This document shows positions 13,791-27,305 of a DNA stretch of 64,000 bases, one piece after another. The notes under the pieces are model-generated. The model was not told the origin of the DNA and did no database searches. It saw nothing but the letters and a program-made list of their open reading frames with translations. Location of the stretch: assembly GCF_009914755.1 (NCBI RefSeq), contig NC_060932.1. One strand, written 5' to 3'. Positions within the stretch are counted from its first letter, which is position 1. Every line of letters begins with the position of its first letter. Origin of the DNA: the human T2T-CHM13v2.0 reference genome, Homo sapiens. The translations under genes and the position numbers were made by a program.

Positions 13791-15299
13791 GGAAATTGAA
13801 CTAAGCGTCTAAGCTCTGCTGATTAAAATGTTTACAAAAATACGAATGAGAATCAAAGTGCAAATTCAACACTGGCAAATACCTCTCTGAATTTTGGCAA
13901 AAACAGCAGGTTTTTGACTAGCCTTATCCATCACTGAAGTGCCTAGAAATGTATCATAGGATAATCACTGCTGTCTCTGAGGGGCTTCTGGGTGCAGACC
14001 CTGCTGGTGATCAGGAGACACATGGGTTCAGGGAAGTGCAAGCTCCTGAACACCAGCTCAACACAGCTCCTGGCAGTATCCATGGTGATGGAAGACAGAA
14101 AGCATATGGTAATTAAAACCACAAGTTAAATGATTTTATCCAGTGATTTTTACTCTGCTTCATGAGCAATATGATGAGAGCAATAGGCCAACTATAAGAT
14201 TCTGTTTGCCTTGCACTAATTTTAATTTTTGGTGCTGTCATGTCTGTAGAGATGGGAACGCACAGTAAGGGGGACCAACAGAAGGAAAATGGAGAAAGTG
14301 ATGAGTTTAAAATCCTGCGAACTGGCTAATGCAAAAAAAAAAAAAAAATCAAATCTGAAAATGTTTTTCCAAAGCGTTTCCTAGGGTTGGGAACTTCTAG
14401 ATGGTTTGCATTTCACTTGCTTCTCAAACAGCTGTGCAGTGTTGGCTGAGGGTGTGGAAAGGAGTGAATAAGCCTGCGTATTAGGATGGGAAGAAAAATA
14501 ACCTCTCGGTCAGATGCATGTCCCCTGGGATCTGATGTTACTGTAGGAGGAATGCCAACAGCCTAAGTGAACGGTCCATACGCTTTTAAATTGCTCTGAA
14601 CCTCCCAACCCATTGTTTCAAGCAGAGAACCAGAAGATAGACCACATTGCTCAGGGGACAAGTTCAACGAGAAGGCTAAATCCTGGGGATGGTATGCAGA
14701 GCAGCTGATTCCTCCCCGACAGTGTGGTGTCCTACTTTTTTACCTGATTTTCAGGGTCCTTTATATTATCTGCTGAGTTAATTAAGACATTGCTCTCACA
14801 GTTTAGAAAGTACATTGACATTTTTAGATAAAAGATAATTGCAGCCTGTTTTTTTTTTTTTTTTTTTTTTTTTTGTAAACAGTGCTGAATTTTCTAAGGC
14901 AAATTAAGGGTACTGTAACATTTCATGTACTTGGACACAATCACCTGGCATTTTCTGGTCCTCCAGTTGTTAAGAGGGTAACTATTAATACAACAAAAGC
15001 AGATATGTAGCATTCATGCTGTCAAAAGTCACACTCCAGGGGATATTCAGTAGTTGAGTCAGCAAATACACACACCACTGTTCTTTTTTATCTTGCCCAT
15101 AGCAGACACAAATCATCTATCCCAGCTTCAAAACTTTCTGAAGCAGTTCTCGAGGGAGCCACTGACAATTGATAAAAGCTTATATTTATTAGATACCTAG
15201 ATCAGAGATCAGATGCAATCTATTCTCTCACTCCTTTTACCTGACCATTGTTGGTTAAAATGGTTATCCTCATACAAGGGTCTTAACTGTTAAAGAACA

Positions 15300-15594
15300 T
15301 TTTTTTTTGTGATGTGGAGTGTCGCATTTGTTGCCCAGACTGGAGTGCAAAGGCAAGATGTTGGCCTACTGCAACCTCCGCCTCCTGGGTTCAAGTGATT
15401 CTCCTGCCTCAGCCTCCTGAGTAGCTGGGATTACAGGTGCCCACCACCATGCCCGGCTAATTTTTGTATTTTTAGTAGAGGCGGGGTTTCACCATGTTGG
15501 CCAGGCTGGTCTCGAACTCCAGACGTTAAGGTGGTCCGTCCACCTCGCCCTCCCAGAGTGCTGGGATTACAGGCGTGAGCCACCATGCCCAGCC
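15300..15594 (-). mobile_element. Alu (S-type)
   Basis: Antisense Alu with 12-bp TSD tgttaaagaaca (15288-15299 / 15595-15606). Confidence 0.95.
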
Positions 15595-16928
15595 TGTTAA
15601 AGAACACTTAATAATGCTCACTCTATCCTAATTCACTGAACGAGGGAAACAGATGAAGTCAATTAACAAATACAAAACCTTCCATTCATCAAGAAAGGCC
15701 TCGTACTAAAATACTTAAATTCTTTTATCTATCTAGCTAGATATTATCATAAATTTTATGAAAGATCACCTCTAAGACTGCTGGTTGGCTTGTGGACCAA
15801 TTAGCTGGACCAATGGGTGAGGTCACATAGTACGAGAATGGCCTGATCCCTGAGAAAAGGCCTTTGAGTGTCTAGTCCTACAGGTTTAGGGATGAGCCGA
15901 GACCACCTAATACTCATAAAACCCTTGATACTCACGTTGGAAAGAAGATAGGAGGCAGTAACAATCTGTGAGAATTAATTTTTTCATATAAAATTGCTTT
16001 TGTTTTTCTCATCTAGAATATTAACAACTTTAGAAAAGGAACTTCTTTCTGATTCTTTTGTGTGTACTCATGGCCGAATATAGATAATTGGTCAGTAATA
16101 CAAGATTTATAATATGCTTTTCAACAAATATTTAAATAATAAACTTGCTTCACTTTTTCTATTTTAGAAAAATATATTTTTTTCTGATATCAAAGTAATT
16201 GATGGGCCTTGTTCAAATGTTGCAATATACAGAGATATATAGGAAAGAAAAAAACCCCAAGAGATGACAGCATAAAACATAGTACTAAGAGATGTTAAGA
16301 AACATCAGTCGTAATCTCTGATTTTGTGCCAGTAACTTTATTGCTCTAGGCCTTATTTCTCCATCTAAAAATAGTTCTACTTACTGCCAAGATTATGAAG
16401 GCTAATGACACCTGATCAGTGAAGTGTTTGCTTATTACATTGTAGGTCATCAACAGCAATGAGTTCCTCCATCCTATCATACCAAGAACACTTCCTTTTC
16501 ATTACTGTGCTTTTCAAGGACAGAGAAGAAGGAAAACCTGAGGAGGCTCAGTTTAAGTCTCTTGACCCTAAGGTGACCCTTGTTTGCTCTTTCAGATAAC
16601 TCTCACCTAACTATGTTTACACGGGGAATACCTCCTTGGTACATGGGAATGCATATTCCCATTAAGCTTCACACATTTTGAGCTTTTGCATCTCCAGAAA
16701 ATTTACAGAAAAGCTACATCATGACTTGCATCACTGGATTTACTCCCTTTTCATTCAGGTGTTGAATCATGAATGGGAGTTGAGGTTCAGTCACTGACTT
16801 TTGACATTTGGTGGAACCATTTTTAACATGATCTACTGGGTAATGCCCACAATAATAAGTCCAGTGCTAAAACTTGTAGATAACTTAGAATCCATTGCTT
16901 GTTTAAAAGCTTATACAATTTACCTGAA

Positions 16929-17234
16929 ATTTTTTTTTTTTTTTTTTTTTTGAGACAGATCCTCATTCTGTCACCCAGGCTCAAGTGCAGTGGTGCGATC
17001 TTGGCTCACTGCAACCTCCACCTCCCGGGTTTATGCAATTCTTGTGCCTCAGCCTCCTGAGTAGCTGGGACTACAGGTGCCTACTGCCACACCCAGATAA
17101 TTTTTTGTGTTTTTAGTAGAGATGGGGTTTTGCCCTTTTGCCCAGGCTGGCCTCAAACTCCTGAGCTCAAGCTATCTACCTGCCTTGACCTCCCAAAGTG
17201 CTGAGATTGCAGGTGTGAGCCATGGCGCCCAGCC
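16929..17234 (-). mobile_element. Alu
   Basis: Antisense Alu, poly(T), flanking tttacctg repeat. Confidence 0.93.
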
Positions 17235-17789
17235 TTTACCTGTCTCTTGAGATGACACCTATTTCAAATATCCAAAAGTATCACATTTTCTAAAAATACA
17301 AACAAAGCTTTAATATAATAGATAATTACTTTTTTATTCTTCAAGGGAAGAGTACACTGTTCGAGGGTTGCCTGGGTCACTTGCTTTTTTTGCCTGCTTT
17401 TCAGCAATTGCATTGCACATTCATCTGAGCATAGCAAGGGAAGAAAATATCAAACCCTTAGTTTTGAGGCTGTGTAGTAATGCCAAGAGAAGCATAGGTT
17501 TGTACTTGCTGGAAGATGGGGCTTGGCAGCATTTCTCAAATTGTGACCTGTGAAAAACCAATGTTCCAGTCTCCACTGAGGTGAGCTAAATAACACATCT
17601 TGTCCATTCAGTTTGGGAACCATGACATTCTGTGGTACTTTTGTATTTTTGATAAATTTTATTACATATTGTTAAGTCTAAGAAGTCCTAGGAGACCAGG
17701 TTTACCCCAGTGTTTTCAAAATGCAATTCAAAATGGAGCCTCCTTATTAGTGGAAGGTCTATTTGTGAATCCCAAGATCTGGATTAGAG

Positions 17790-18190
17790 TGCTGTTAGGT
17801 CCTCCAAAAAGCAGGTTCCAAGATGACATTACTGAAGTGCTGGAGATTTATTCGGGGAGCATAAAGGGGAAGGAGCAGGACAAGCAAGAAGGGTCTTTAG
17901 GCTTTGTGGGTCTGACACCTGTGACAGAGAAGGGAAGGAAAATTGCCTAGAAAGAATCTTCTAAGAAAGTTTCCTGCAGGTCGTTGGGGAGTCTTGTGTC
18001 CCAAGTCACCCATTAGAGGAGTCTCATGTCTTGCAGGAAGGGACTTGAGTTAGTTTGCTTGCTGTGCTTAGCCCATAGGATGCATGGCCTCAGTGTGATG
18101 CAGTGACCGGCAGGAAGACTCAGCAGCTGGAGCTGTCAGTCAGCGTGTGCTCCCTGTAGCTGGAGATTGAGCGGCATACTTTCATGACCA
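17790..18190. mobile_element. Ancient ERVL/MaLR-type LTR, family uncertain
   Basis: gagatttattcgggga...gctgtcagtcagc...tccctgtagc motifs resemble old MLT1/LTR16-type LTRs. Confidence 0.35.
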
Positions 18191-18742
18191 CCCCTGTTTC
18201 CAGTTGCACCCCTTGTTAGAATAAGTCACTCAAGGCTTCTGGAACCTAAACAGTTACTGTATCAAATGGGGGACCTGTCCTTTCTTCCTCACATAGCTAC
18301 AAATGAAAGCTCTTTGCAACTTACAAAGCATTCCAGAAATAGGATTATTATGGGGTGGCTAAAGGCTTTTCAAGTGTATCAGCTGTTAGCATGGCACTGT
18401 GCTCTTGACCCAAAGGCAGTGTCTTATTCATCATTGCCCTGGATTTCCCACAGGACAACCACAGTGCTAGGCATCTAATAGGCACTCATTAAATGTTTGT
18501 TAAATTACGATAACAACTGTTGTGAGTTCTCCAAGGAAACACTCTGTGACTAAGGCTGTAGGTGGGATAACAATTGTAGACACTGAAATGCATTCCCTCT
18601 GGCAGGAGGCAGAGCATGGGGGAGGGTGGTGGTGGATTTGTATTGATATAATCTGCCCTTGTATCTGGATCCTGTGTAGCAGTTCATGGTAAGGGCATTA
18701 TTCCTGGAAGAGGGACGAGGGCTAGGGGAAGAGTTACAGAAC

Positions 18743-19024
<282 letters not shown>

Positions 19025-20809
19025 AGAGTTTCACATCTTTTTGCTTTGTAATATGATCTGTCTTTTGCATCTCTAAAATAATTCTGATGTTAATTGAATT
19101 GTAAAGAAAATTCCCAAACTTTATCCTAGATAATTGTAGGGCATCACCCCCTACTCCTGAAGCTTATTTCCCAGAGCTGTTGGCATTGAATGCTTTAAGT
19201 TTTACCAAATCATCCTTTCTCTGCTTTGGGAACATCCTAGTCAGGGCTAAATGTTTAAGGAACAAGCACAGGGAAAGAGGGGAAGGAAAGGCATGGAGGA
19301 GATTTGTAATGGGGTAATTTCTCAAAAGGTTGACTGTAGCTTTTCTGTTTGGCTCTAATCTCCTGATGGGTGGCAGTTTTGTCTGTTTCTTTTTGTATAT
19401 TTATTTATACCAGCTCAGTATTTTGTTCAATAAACGTTTGTGGTGTGAACCTAGGAATGAATTACACATGTCTACTACATGCTGGGTGCTGGGGTGATAA
19501 GGGTAAACCAACTCAAGCCCTAATGAAACTTTTTGTCTAATAATGAAAGTGAACAGTAATGGAAAAAAATCACATAAATAAAATTACAAACTATGATGAG
19601 TGATGAAAGGAAAAAGCTCTGGGAACCTGGAGAGCTTAGATAGAACCAGGGTACCTGGTTAGTCTGGTGGGGAAAGCACAGAGGTCAGGGAAGACTTTTC
19701 TGAGAATGTGATGTTAAGTGGCCCATGAAGGATGGGACAGTGTTAACCAGAGAAAGAGGTATGTGAGGGGCATTTGGATTCCAGCAGAGAGGAGCACGTG
19801 CAAAGATCTGGAGGGAGGGAGCATGTTCCAGTCGAGTCACTGAAGGAAGGTGGTGTGGCCAGAGCAAACCACAGGGATGCAGTAGGAGAGGAAGCAGAGA
19901 GATTTGAGTACAGGGTGGTCCATTTGGTATTTTCCTGTGCTGTGCCATCAATAATCCTTATTACTGGATGTCTACTGTGTAGCCAGATGACTTCTGTTGA
20001 TATGTGTACTGTATCTGGATCACACACAGCAGGATCATGGTAAGGATACAATTCTGCAGAAAAATAAAAGGAGAAATAAACTTAAATTCTGGGAAGAGGG
20101 GTTTGAACTTTAGAAAGCTTTGGACTCCGTGGAGTTATTGAACTCTGATAAGAGTTGCCATGAGATCTTGTTTTTGTGAAGAATTTAAAGAACAGAGCAG
20201 ACGAGGGAAGGAGGCTTGGCTACCTTGAAAGGGTACTGGATTAGGGGTTCCAGCTCTTGCAGTGCCATGATCAGCTGTGTACCCTCGGACCACCTCATCT
20301 TTTAAATAATCACTTCCCCCAGTGGTAACATGTGAGGTTGGAATTCAACAACTCTGACCATCTTTGATTCCGAGTGGAATCAACTCTATCATGATGGAAA
20401 ATTGAGGGAGGGATGCGCTAGGGAACCCACTCTGTCTGTGAACCCCTGAGCCCAGGCCCCTTCCTTTGCATGTCTTTTTATGATACATAGGGAGTGGAGG
20501 ATTGCAGCTCAGTTGGGGATGTTTACGAGGCTGCCTTGGGAGCTACTATTTAACTGCTTAGTCTGTACCTGCAGAACCTTCTCCCCAACCCCTCCCCACA
20601 CTTCATGCTGCCTCCTTCCTCAGTGCTCTGCACTTTAGAGGCTCCTACACCATTGCCAGCCCACAGGGGTGGCCTCTCAGCCCTCACCGCCAGGTCCTCT
20701 TCTTGTCCCAGCACCATACCTAAAACACAAAGGTGCACAATGGAGAGGGCCCAGCATTTCCTTTTCCATGACACCATAAAGACGTGCTAGAGGAATGGAC
20801 AAGGGGCAG

Positions 20810-21238
20810 TGTATTCCTTTCCTGGGACTGCCTTGGCCATGTGCCACAAACATGGCTGCTTCAAACAGCATCATCCTCTCACAGTTCTGGAGGCCAGAAG
20901 TCTGAAGTCAAAAATGTTGGCAGGATCATGAAGACGATGGGGGAGAATCCTTCCTTGGCTCTTCCAGCTTCTGGTGGCTCCTTTGTTCCTTGTCTTGTGA
21001 CTGCATCACTCTAATCTCTGCCTCCATCTCCACAGTGTCTTCCTCTCTGTGTCTTCTCCTTTTATGTATCTTAAAAGGTCACTTGTCATTGGATTTAGGG
21101 TCCACTGGGTAATCCAGGAGAGTGTCTTCTCAAGATCCTTAATTATATCTGCAAAGATTCTTTTTGTAAATAATGGGACACTCACAGGTTTCAACATGTG
21201 GATATATCTTTAGGGGAACCACTATTCAATTCACTACA
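20810..21238 (-). mobile_element. MLT1 (MLT1C-like) LTR
   Basis: ctcacagttctggaggccagaagtctgaa...ggatttagggtccac...atctgcaaaga...attcaattcactaca. Confidence 0.8.
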
Positions 21239-24200
21239 GGTGGTTTCAGAGGTATTTGACCCATCCAAATGACTTATTTTATTCATTTTTCTCCCTGACA
21301 AACTTGACCTTTTTGAAATAGCCTCAGAATACAGGTCCCAAAGATATGCCATAGAGTGGAGGCAGCAGGCTGGAGGGCTGGAGAGCACAGGCTTCTGGGC
21401 CAGGTGGCCTCAGTTCAAATCCCAGCACGTACCAATCTCTCTGTGGCTCAGTTTTGCCATCTGTACATTGAGTACAATAACAATACTGCCTTTGAAGACT
21501 GTTGTGGAGCTTGTATAGGATAACACTTGTAAAGGTAGCTAGAACTTACCAAAAGTAAAGTGCTCAATAAATGTTAACCATGATAGTGAAATAAACAGTA
21601 AAAACATGAGCAGGGGGTGGTGAACATGATTAAAAATCCAAGTATGTCTGGATAGTGGCTGGACCCAGGGCATTGACACTGTCTGGAGCTAGGGCTCTTT
21701 TGAGTCTTGATCGACCTCTAATTACCTGCACCTGACTTGAAATAAAACATATTGGCGGCCCCTCCTCTCAAGATCTGCTCTGAGCTTCTGTGTTTGCTGA
21801 TCAGAGTCGGGCTCTGGCAGCCAACCCGAACAGAGGGCACTCAATTTCAAACAGAGATAGGGAGCTGCCAGGTGCACACACACAGAAAGGACATTCCTGG
21901 GAGGTAGCCTGCTGTGCTCCACTGAGCCACTGAATTCCCAAAGGGAGCTTTCCTTCTTCCGAGACAGTGGTGGCTGCTGCCCTTCCTGCTGGGCCGACCT
22001 CCTGGGGTCCAGGAAGCTGGTGAGTATGAGTGCTTCTGGGCACAGTCAGGAGCCTTGCTGGTCGAGGTGAGGTCTGTTGCTCTGCTTCTCATTATCGAAC
22101 TCTGTCCACACCCTTTGCTGCAGCCTGGGCTTCTGGAAGCCCTTGGAGATGCCACTCTTCTGCTTGTCCTTAGAAACCTGGGCCATCATGGATGAGGATG
22201 CAGACAGAGGGCAAAGGGGCTGGGCTTGGGTGTCAGACTGCTGTGTGGCTCTAGGCAAGTTCCCTAACCTCTCCGAGGTGAGGTGTTCTGCATTTGGTAA
22301 GTACCATTTGGATGGTACACTACTCTGACTAGGTGCTTGAAAAATGGTGGCTGTGATTGATATCTAGGAGGTAACATAGAGTAGAGATCTGACGGGTCAG
22401 GGTTTTACTGAAGCCTTGAGACCTTAGGCAGTTTTCTTAACCTTTTAGACTACAATTTCCTTATCTGAAAAAGAGATTAAACACCCCATTCAGATGGCTG
22501 ATGGAAGGATTAAGTGGAAAAAAAGTATATAGAGCTTTTAGCCCAATGCATGGCTCATTCTACATGCTCAATGAATGGTAGCTATGATGACTGTCCCAGA
22601 GCAACCTGAATAATGATAATAAAATTAATGAATATATTTGTTAGATATATTTAACAAATATATTCATCTTATTATATATATTATATATTTAATATATATT
22701 TAACACATAAATTCATCCATTTTATTATCAAATATATAGTGAACAAGTATATTGGCTCAATCCCAGTGTGGTGTAGAAGGAGAAGCATTCAGTCAATAAC
22801 AAGAAGACCCGGCTCTGCCCTCAGCTTGGCCAATTCATAGCTGGGTAACTGAGCAAGTTGCCTAACCTCTCAGAGCCTCAGTTTTCTTGTCTTCAAATAA
22901 GAATAGTAACTATTTTCTTTCATATGCCAGGAGGTAAGTTATATATATATATAAATAAATACACATACACGTACACACACTCTCAATCCTTAGCACTCTA
23001 TGAGGTAGGTACTATTTGATACCCATCTTACAGATGAGGAATTACAAGCATAGAGAAGTTACGCATTTTGCTCTAGGTCACACACTATATGAGGTACAGG
23101 GTAACCAGACCTGGGCCTGTGTCTCACCCAGTATGCTGTGAAAATACTACCAGCCTCCTTTCCCTCACAGGGCTTCTGCTAGGGTTCCATATATGGCAAA
23201 GTGCTTGGAGGAGTGTAAAGTGTTGTATGAATAGGACCTGTAGGCACAGTTTATCTACTCAGGGTCTTGGCTCCATCCTTCTCCTTGTTTTACATATGTG
23301 ACACATATCTCTCTATAAGTTGAGCTTTTCAGCAGGAACAGGGAGTGTTGCGTCATATTTATGTATAAGTTCAATATATGGATTTCTCCACTTCTGACTT
23401 TGCTCCCATCATAGATTGGGGATCAATGAAGCTTTCCTCATTGTTTGTGCAGTTGGTGAGTTTATCATCTTCAGTAGCAAATCTTTATTGTGTTCCCTGA
23501 GTTCAAGGCCTGAGACCAGGCATGACTTTAGACCTCCTTTTGTGTTTCCAAGTTGAGACTGAGAGGACTAGACTGGGAAGCCCCTGTATATTTGGGACTT
23601 AATACATCTTGACCCTGAGCTGAGGCTGAAATCCCAAGGATAGTGACTCCTGGAGAAGTTGACAGGACTGAACTCCTCCTCCTGTTCAAGAGGCTCCAAC
23701 TTCAGCTTCTGCAAAAATAATTTATAAAGAACCTGAGCAGAGCCTGTGCAATGAGGGAGAGAAGGTTTGATGGGATTCTGTTGTTTTGGGGGCCCTGTAA
23801 ATCCCACACAAAAGGCTCACTGAAGATAAGTTGTTTTTATAAAGCCTCTCCAAAATGCCTTCAAAGTTATGTTTGATTTCATGGGTTGATAGATGAGCCT
23901 TCAGGTTTATTTTTTTCTATGCAGGACATCAATGAAAACTGAAGCAATAAATTTCTGGCGGTTACTTTTTTTTAAAGTCATGTCTGAGGTATGGATGATT
24001 GGAAGCTCTTTGTGAGCAATTGCACTGAGTTGCCTCATTATATTGCAAATTTTAACTGATTTATAGAGCTTCATTTGACTGTGCTAATTAAGGTTTTTAT
24101 TCTTGGAACTAATTAGCTTGAGTGAAGTAAATTTTTCCTCCTCTTGGTTATAGAAGCTATTAAAGAACTCAAACATGCAAAGAAAGTCAGATTCTTTGCG

Positions 24201-24629
24201 AGTCATATTTGAAATAACATATTCATTTTCAGCATTGAACTGCTTTTGCTTTTAACAGATATGAACTTCCTTTCATATGTCTTTAGTATATACAGAAAAA
24301 TAATTAGGCTATCACTTTTAACCCCTTGGAACATTTTATGTAATATACCGGAGTTCTGAAGTAAAACTCTGTTGGGAAAAAAGTCAATTTTGACTGAATG
24401 GGATTCAAAGTGTATCTGTTATCAGAGGTCACTGGGCCTAGGTTTAGAGAGGAAGCGTTGTAGGGGTGTTCATGCTTGCTAAGGTTTTAGCATTCCTAGT
24501 GGCTAAACACAGGATAAATGAACATCCAGAAGTACTAGCTCTTCCAATGAATAGATTTATGACCTTGAACTGGTTCTTTCTTTTCTCTGGACTGGACCTC
24601 AATTTTGCTATCTGTTTAATGAACAGGTT

Positions 24630-24940
24630 AGTTTTTTGTTTGTTTTGTTTGTTTTTGAGATGGAGTCTCACTTTGTCACGCAAGCTGGAATGCAGTGGGG
24701 AGATCTTGGCTCACTGCAACCTCGGCCTCCTGGGTTCAAGTGATTCTCCTGCCTCAGTCTCCTGAGTAGCTGGGATTATAGGCATACACCACCACACCCA
24801 GCTAATTTTTTTGTATTTTTAGTAGAGACAGGGTTTTGCCATGTTGGCCAGGCTGGTCTCAAACTCCTGACCTCAAGCGATCTGCCCGCCTTGGCCTCCC
24901 AAAGTGCTGGGATTACAGGTGTGAGCCACGGTGCCCGGGC
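24630..24940 (-). mobile_element. Alu (S-type)
   Basis: Antisense Alu with (TTTG) tail. Confidence 0.93.
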
Positions 24941-25403
24941 TGCACAGGTTGGTTTTGATTAGTGGTTTTCAAACTTTAAAACTTAAGTTTATTCACATAT
25001 TATTCAAACTCATTAATATGTAAAACATAAAAATGGATCCCCTCAGGTACGAGAGGAGGAGTGGTGGCCACATTGGGCCACCTGGTTACATACTCAATCT
25101 TCCCTCTCTTCCTCCCACATCTGAACCCTTGTTGCAGACACCTGGGCTTAATTATTATAATCTCTCCCAATTCAAACAACTGAAACTTTTCCAACTCCTA
25201 CTTGAGCTCGATTTTTTTTCTCTAGTCATTCTGCACAAAGACACGGAAATGACTTTATTATTTCATCTCTTCTTGATCAAAATGGCAGAGTGTACTAGGG
25301 CCTAGTGCAGTGCTTGGAACACAACAAGGCTCTGTGTACTTTTTTTTGAATGACTATAAGAGACTGGTGGTAGAGAAATAGCCAACCAATAAAAGGTATT
25401 TAG

Positions 25404-25643
25404 GGGCCAGGTGCTGTAATCCCAGCACTTAGGGAGGCCGAGGAGGGCAGATCACCAGGTCAGGAGATAGAGACCATCCTGGCTAACATATTGAAACCCC
25501 GTCTCTACTAAAAACACAAAAAATTAGCCGGGTGTGGTGGCACGTGCCTGTAGTCCTAGCTACTTGGGAGGCTGAGGCAGGAGAATCACTTGAACCTGGG
25601 AGGTGGAGGGCAACAGAGCAAGACTCAGTCTAAAAAAAAAAAA
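25404..25643 (+). mobile_element. Alu with internal deletions
   Basis: Alu consensus; jumps from gaggtggaggg to caacagagcaagac in the right arm. Confidence 0.9.
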
Positions 25644-26699
25644 GGTATGATGATGAAGAGAAAGAAAAAGGAGGATGCATTAGAAAAGGAAGTGATTTTA
25701 AGAAATGGATGGAAACTGAGGCTGGGTGACAGCCAAAGCTGCTGCTCTATTAACAGAGTACAAATTGTTTTTCAGGCCCCAGAGTGAACAATTTCCTTTT
25801 TCTCCCCAGCTCCAAGATGAATATTAGGATTATTATCTTTTGCCTGTGTTCTCATTCTTGGAATGATGTTTAACTCTTTTCTTGTTATATGATTCATTTT
25901 TAAACAGGACCAAAGAAATTCTATTGAATTCTTGTGGAGCTTTCTATCTATAGACTCCATCTGTCCATTCATCTATCCATAATTCAACATTCATTGAGCC
26001 CTGCTGTGTGCCAGGCATGGTGTTAGATACTGAGGGTACATATGTAAACTAGGCATGATTGTTGCCTTCAAAACCTCAGCATCTAATAAAGGAGAAGGAT
26101 GTTTTTTCAAGTAGCTGTAATGATCCATGTGATAAGTATATAATAGAGATAAGAACAAAGTGCTAGTGGAGTCCAGAGGAATGAGTGACTTGTTGCTCCA
26201 TTGCAAAACTGGAGAACACATCACATCAAAGGAGGCAGTTGAGTTGGGCCTAGGAGAAAGATTTGGGTGTTGCTAGGTAGAGATCAGAGAAGTCCCCTTC
26301 AATGGAAGGCCTACGGTGAGCAATGGTTCGTGGACAAGAGAGTGTGTGAGTTTAGGAGGAGCTGTCCATCAGGCTGGAGTACATGGTTTGAGGATCAGGT
26401 GCTGTGTTGGTGAACTGAGGCTATAGTGTGGAGAACCCTAAGAGACATTCATAATAGGTTGAGCTGGTTTTTAAATTTAATTAACGTGTAGGATATAACA
26501 CTTTAGTGTTTGCAAACAGTATGTTGTCTCTATTATTTCATTTGATATCCATGATTGTCCTGTAAGACATAACTTATCCTCCATTTTACAAATGAAGAAA
26601 CTGAGGCACAGCAAGGTTGAGGATTTACTCAAGGTTGCATAATTAGCATGTGGCTGTACTGATTCTCAAAGCCAGGGCTTTCAATCTGAAAATCTATGC

Positions 26700-27305
26700 T
26701 TTTTAAAAATTAAATCTTGAAGCATAACATATGAACATAAAAAGCCATACCCACAAATCTTAAGTGTATGAATTGAAAATTTTTGCAAAGGAAATGTAGT
26801 AAATAATCTCCAAATCAAATTGGGGAAGTTTGACCTCTTTCTAATGTTGCACTTTCCAATCTACAAGCATGGAATATTCATTCATTCATCTTATTTTGTA
26901 ATTTCCAGAGTATAGGTCTTGTTTATATTTTTTAGACTTATTCCTGAGTTTTTGAATTTTTGATGCTATTATAAAATCTTTTATTTCTAATTTTAATTTA
27001 TGATTCTTTGTTTTTGTATAAAGAGGTACAACTGACTTTTATATATTGACTTTGTTTCTAGGTATCCTGCTAAATTCAGTTAGTAATTAAACTAGACAGA
27101 CACTATTGAATTGGTCAGGGCCTCCAGTGCAGTGTTAAATAGACGGGAAATAGCAGGCATCTTGTCTTTTTTTTTTTTTAAATATCAGAGGACATCTTAC
27201 ATGATGATATGATATGATATATGATATTGGTATGATACTGACTCAAGGACTTTTGTAAATATTGTTTGTCAGATTCAGAAAATTCTCTGTTCCTCTGATT
27301 TGCAA
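26700..27305 (-). mobile_element. Degenerate L1ME-like fragments with a short (ATATG)n repeat at ~27200-27240
   Basis: tatattgactttg...tgctaaattc, cagtgttaaatag...ggcatcttgtc motifs of antisense old L1. Confidence 0.5.

Noticed and set aside
17407-17430. IALHIHLS resembles the otoferlin N-terminus MALLIHLK
   Set aside because: No ATG, similarity stops after 8 residues, it follows an acceptor rather than being a first exon, and it lies downstream of the other C2A-like candidates.
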